Below are positions 60,760 to 64,000 of a stretch of 64,000 nt of DNA, in pieces. Each line of letters opens with the position of its first letter. The stretch's first letter is position 1. Made by a program: the position numbers and the translations under genes. This DNA comes from Neophaeotheca triangularis (taxonomy: Eukaryota): NCBI GenBank assembly GCA_054600435.1, contig BAAIJX010000029.1:186001-250000 (forward strand), read 5' to 3'. Below the pieces are notes generated by a model that saw only the letters and a program-made list of their open reading frames with translations, was not told the origin of the DNA and made no database searches.

Positions 60760-61548
60760 ATTCGGGAAGATATTAAAGGCCATGCAAATGGTTCAAGGAA
60801 CTGCGGATTGGGAAAAAGGGGGGTCAAGGTTTCATCAGGATGGGACCGCGGTGAATGACAGGAGCGAGGAGGCCTGAAGAGGCGCTGGAAATGCCCGAGG
60901 ATACCATGATGTCGCCAATCTTGCAGGTATTGCCGCTCCACGAGAAGCCACACGGGCGTACGGATTGAAACGAGAAGAATCTTTGGTTGCTTCAACTGGA
61001 GGGCAAATCTTGAAACTGCCGTACGTTGGCTTATGGACTCTGGCGGTACCGCGCTGGAAGACGGCACCAAGCCCTGTTACGCCAGAACGAGATCTCCTAG
61101 AAGGGCGCACACACCCCGCCAATAGCCGCACTTCGTACGAGACAATCTATTTCCGAGGACAGCTCGATCACGGCCTGTACACTACCAGAGACGTCTCAAA
61201 GTCTCAGGCGACACGCAGAAGTCTCAGCAGCTACAGAGCACAAGGGCCTTTCGAGACAATACCCGCACTGACCAGACAATTGTCTCAAAGAGCGACTATA
61301 TAGCTGCCATAACGTCCAGCGAAGAATATCACTCCACTCATCATCTACATCACCAACTTGCAATCGTTCAGCTTCAACTACCATCAACCTTTTAAGCCAG
61401 AGGCTTCAGAATTCAGGCCACCTGCGCTGAACCCTTGACAACAGCTTGCGTACTACTAACGCTGCCAGATATATCAAAAACGACCAAACGGCCGTCACCG
61501 ACCGGACGCACAGAATACCGCCCATTTCACGCAACAATTAGCGAAACG

Positions 61549-62268
61549 ATGACCCATTTCAACTCTCACCACCAACTTCCAACACCGCCATCCAGTCCCA
61601 AAACCCACTCCCGAGCACCACGACCTCCGAGAGCCTCACCCCAACAATCCCGCCTCACACTCACACCCTCACCACCGCGAAGCCAACACGTCCACCCCAA
61701 CAACACCACAAATCCTACCCTCCGCGCTCGTTCCCTGTCCCAACCCACCAGTAAGTCCACCCACCCAACCAAAACCACCACTAATCACCCACCGCAAACC
61801 CGCAACTCTCCTGGTGACAAAACACTCAATACCCACCTCTACTCCCCTCCATACAGAGCCCGCGGGAGCAGCTCGTTGTCCCAAGCACCTTTGAACGCGA
61901 CCGGTGCCCCCTTGACCCCGCCACTGCCTACTCCGCACGCCTATGCCGACGCCGCTGCCGACTACCAGACTCCTGGCCATTACTACAATCCTCACCATTA
62001 CGAAACTCCTAGCCATTACGGAGGGAATCGCGGTTACGATGGTCATTATAATTGCTACAACTTCGGATCTATGGACGTCGATTCTCCCCCGCGGTCTCAT
62101 GAGGGCGTGGGAGCTGCAAGGGTTTGGCATGAAGGCTTTACTTGCTATGGGGGGTTCTCCGGGCTAGGGGTTTCGAGGCCCAGTATTGGGGTTCTGAGAG
62201 AGGGTCTTGGTAGATGGAAGGGGTTCTGGTTTGATAGGGATGGAGATTTGATCATGACTGGCGTGTGA
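61549..62268 (+). CDS. Hypothetical low-complexity Pro/Ser/Thr-rich protein
   Basis: Open frame of about 240 codons from ATG 61549, with LPTPP/PLTPP motifs and a C-terminal DRDGDLIM. No recognisable domain. Confidence 0.45.
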   Translation: MTHFNSHHQLPTPPSSPKTHSRAPRPPRASPQQSRLTLTPSPPRSQHVHPNNTTNPTLRARSLSQPTSKSTHPTKTTTNHPPQTRNSPGDKTLNTHLYSPPYRARGSSSLSQAPLNATGAPLTPPLPTPHAYADAAADYQTPGHYYNPHHYETPSHYGGNRGYDGHYNCYNFGSMDVDSPPRSHEGVGAARVWHEGFTCYGGFSGLGVSRPSIGVLREGLGRWKGFWFDRDGDLIMTGV

Positions 62269-63694
62269 ATGCGGATTTCCGTGTAGCTCAGGGGGGGCTG
62301 CTGAATTAAGGGTCAGGCTGGGTAGGCTTCGCGATTGGGGTGGGGATCGGGGTTGGCGGTTAGCGGGTTCTTGGGAGCGAACGCTGGGGGTTCTGTGAGG
62401 TTCCGGGAGCGTAAGAGAGCGGGATCTAGGGTTTTGGGTCGAGGACTGGAGTTTGTGGGAGGGCGTTGCCAGGCGTTGTGATTCCCCACAGCGAACCATG
62501 GCCGCCAATCAACTACCTTTTCGCCACGCCTCCGATTCCCACAATGTGCGGTCTTGTATCTTCGAAGACGTTTCCGTCATCAGGGCGGTTCGTCCGCGTC
62601 CGCGCGCTAGCGGGGCTCAGGGGGTAACAGATTTGCTTGCTGGAGACTGGAGCACGCTGGACGGGTGGGGCGGATGAGTGGGGGTGAGTGAGTGAGTGAG
62701 TGAGTGAGTGAATGAAATACTGAAAAGGGCAATTTCCCGGGCGCTGTAGAGCTTACTCGAGCGAGCAACGAAGAAGACGAGTCGAGCGGATCTCGATACC
62801 AACACCCCAGCAAGAAAAGCTGGAAGTGCAAGGAAAAGCTAGAGAAGGAAAAAAGTTACAAAATTGGCTGTACACGCAACCCGTCAACTCATTCCTTCCT
62901 TGCAAGCTATACTTTAACAGGAAAACCTCTATACCCATCCATTCATCACACCCTCCCCCCCACCCCCGGTCCACTGTATTTTACATACACAAGCCCTCGT
63001 CCGTTCCTTGCCGCGGTAGCAAGTAGAGTGGAAAAAATAAGGAGAAAAGCCCCGCTCCTCCATCCGTCGTGATCTCTGCGCGAGCAGGTCTCTGATTCGC
63101 TGCTCCGCGTCTAGAACCGTTTTCCTTCCTTGCCACCTTGCTTGATAGAATCTGCTGTGGGAGTAGGTCCCGTGGTCTAGGGGGTGCGCCGTGAACGCCT
63201 GGTGTACAATTGTTTTTTTTTTTTTTTTTGATTTCTTTGGTCTTTTCTTTCTCGGCCTTTGACTGTCATCAATGCCTTTCGTCTCCGGGTATTCGTATTG
63301 GATAGTCATGTTGGGACAGAGGGATGGGTCGTGCAGTGTAGGTGTGGGGTATGTCGTGTCGCTGATGTTGATGGTAACGTTGCCAGGCGTGGTGATGCTC
63401 TGAGCTGGAAACATAGAATGGTAACATGTGTGCTGAGGTTATTTGGGCATCGATTAGCGTAGTCGAGTAATAGCTGCGTCGGGAATCACCAGCGCGGAAA
63501 GAGGGGTGATAAGTATGGTCCATTGGCGGTCTCGGACACTCGGACAGCGGTGAAGACGTGGCTGGGTTGTCTAGTTGACGTCGGACATGGAGAGGGAAAG
63601 GGCGTTCAATGGATTCGACAACGGTCTGGTTTGCTTCGGCCTGATCATCGTAGAGACGTCTAGTGCTCGTTCTGGGGTTGTTGGCGGATTCTTC

Positions 63695-64000
63695 CTAAAA
63701 CTCCCCCCCACCTCCTGGACCAACGGGGTAGCCGAATTCCGTGGTAGGTTCGCCTGACGGGTCCATGGGGTTGCCAAGCATGGGTTGACCGGCGGCATCG
63801 TAGCCTGGACTTACTTCTGCGCCGCTGCTGCCGGAAACGGTTTTTTGATTCTCGCCTCTAGCGACGAGGTTCTGCTCGGCCGTCTTGTCAGGTTGGCTCG
63901 TCCACGAGAGGGACGACATTCTTACCTCGCGGTATCTCGCTAGATAAATCTTCAAAGCCTCGCCGTAGTTCTCGAAACCAAGCGAAGTCATGGCAAAGAG
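63695..64000 (-). CDS. HAP3: CCAAT-binding factor subunit NF-YB (Hap3/HapC), 3' end only
   Basis: LFAMTSLGFENYGEALKIYLARYRE is the histone-fold C-terminus; 54-nt intron 63925-63872. Confidence 0.9.
   Translation of the reverse strand, partial: LFAMTSLGFENYGEALKIYLARYREVRMSSLSWTSQPDKTAEQNLVARGENQKTVSGSSGAEVSPGYDAAGQPMLGNPMDPSGEPTTEFGYPVGPGGGGEF

Noticed and set aside
62929..63523. 161-aa minus-strand ORF with poly-Lys
   Set aside because: The Lys run derives from a homopolymer, the ORF lies just downstream of HAP3, and no domain is evident.
1..64000. TAG reassigned to a sense codon genome-wide
   Set aside because: Conserved genes here (HTS1, RRN3, cysteine synthase, the C2H2 factor) end on TAG at their expected C-termini.

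Overview
Gene-dense eukaryotic DNA from a filamentous ascomycete. The short GT-AG introns with CTAAC/CTGAC branch points and the protein families suggest a Dothideomycete, but that assignment is an inference. Housekeeping genes include ADK2, MDM38/LETM1, CDC26, OPA3-like, HTS1, a cysteine synthase, an NDUFAF7/MidA-type methyltransferase, TRM82, YDJ1, RPP0, RRN3, an LMBR1-family transporter, CMC2 and the 3' end of HAP3/hapC. An NsdC-type C2H2 regulator sits inside a long, microsatellite-rich non-coding region. The accessory content is: (i) a HET-domain gene; (ii) a Ser/Thr-rich PAN-domain surface protein whose 3' half is decayed; (iii) a NACHT-ankyrin NLR split by a single in-frame TAG; (iv) an orphan gene with two in-frame TAGs; (v) a three-gene UDP-rhamnose cluster in which a nucleotide-sugar transporter lies between the 3,5-epimerase/4-reductase and the 4,6-dehydratase, with a shared GCAAGGAG promoter motif. 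No rRNA, tRNA, CRISPR array or intact transposon was recognised. All family calls come from motif recognition by eye, not from database searches.
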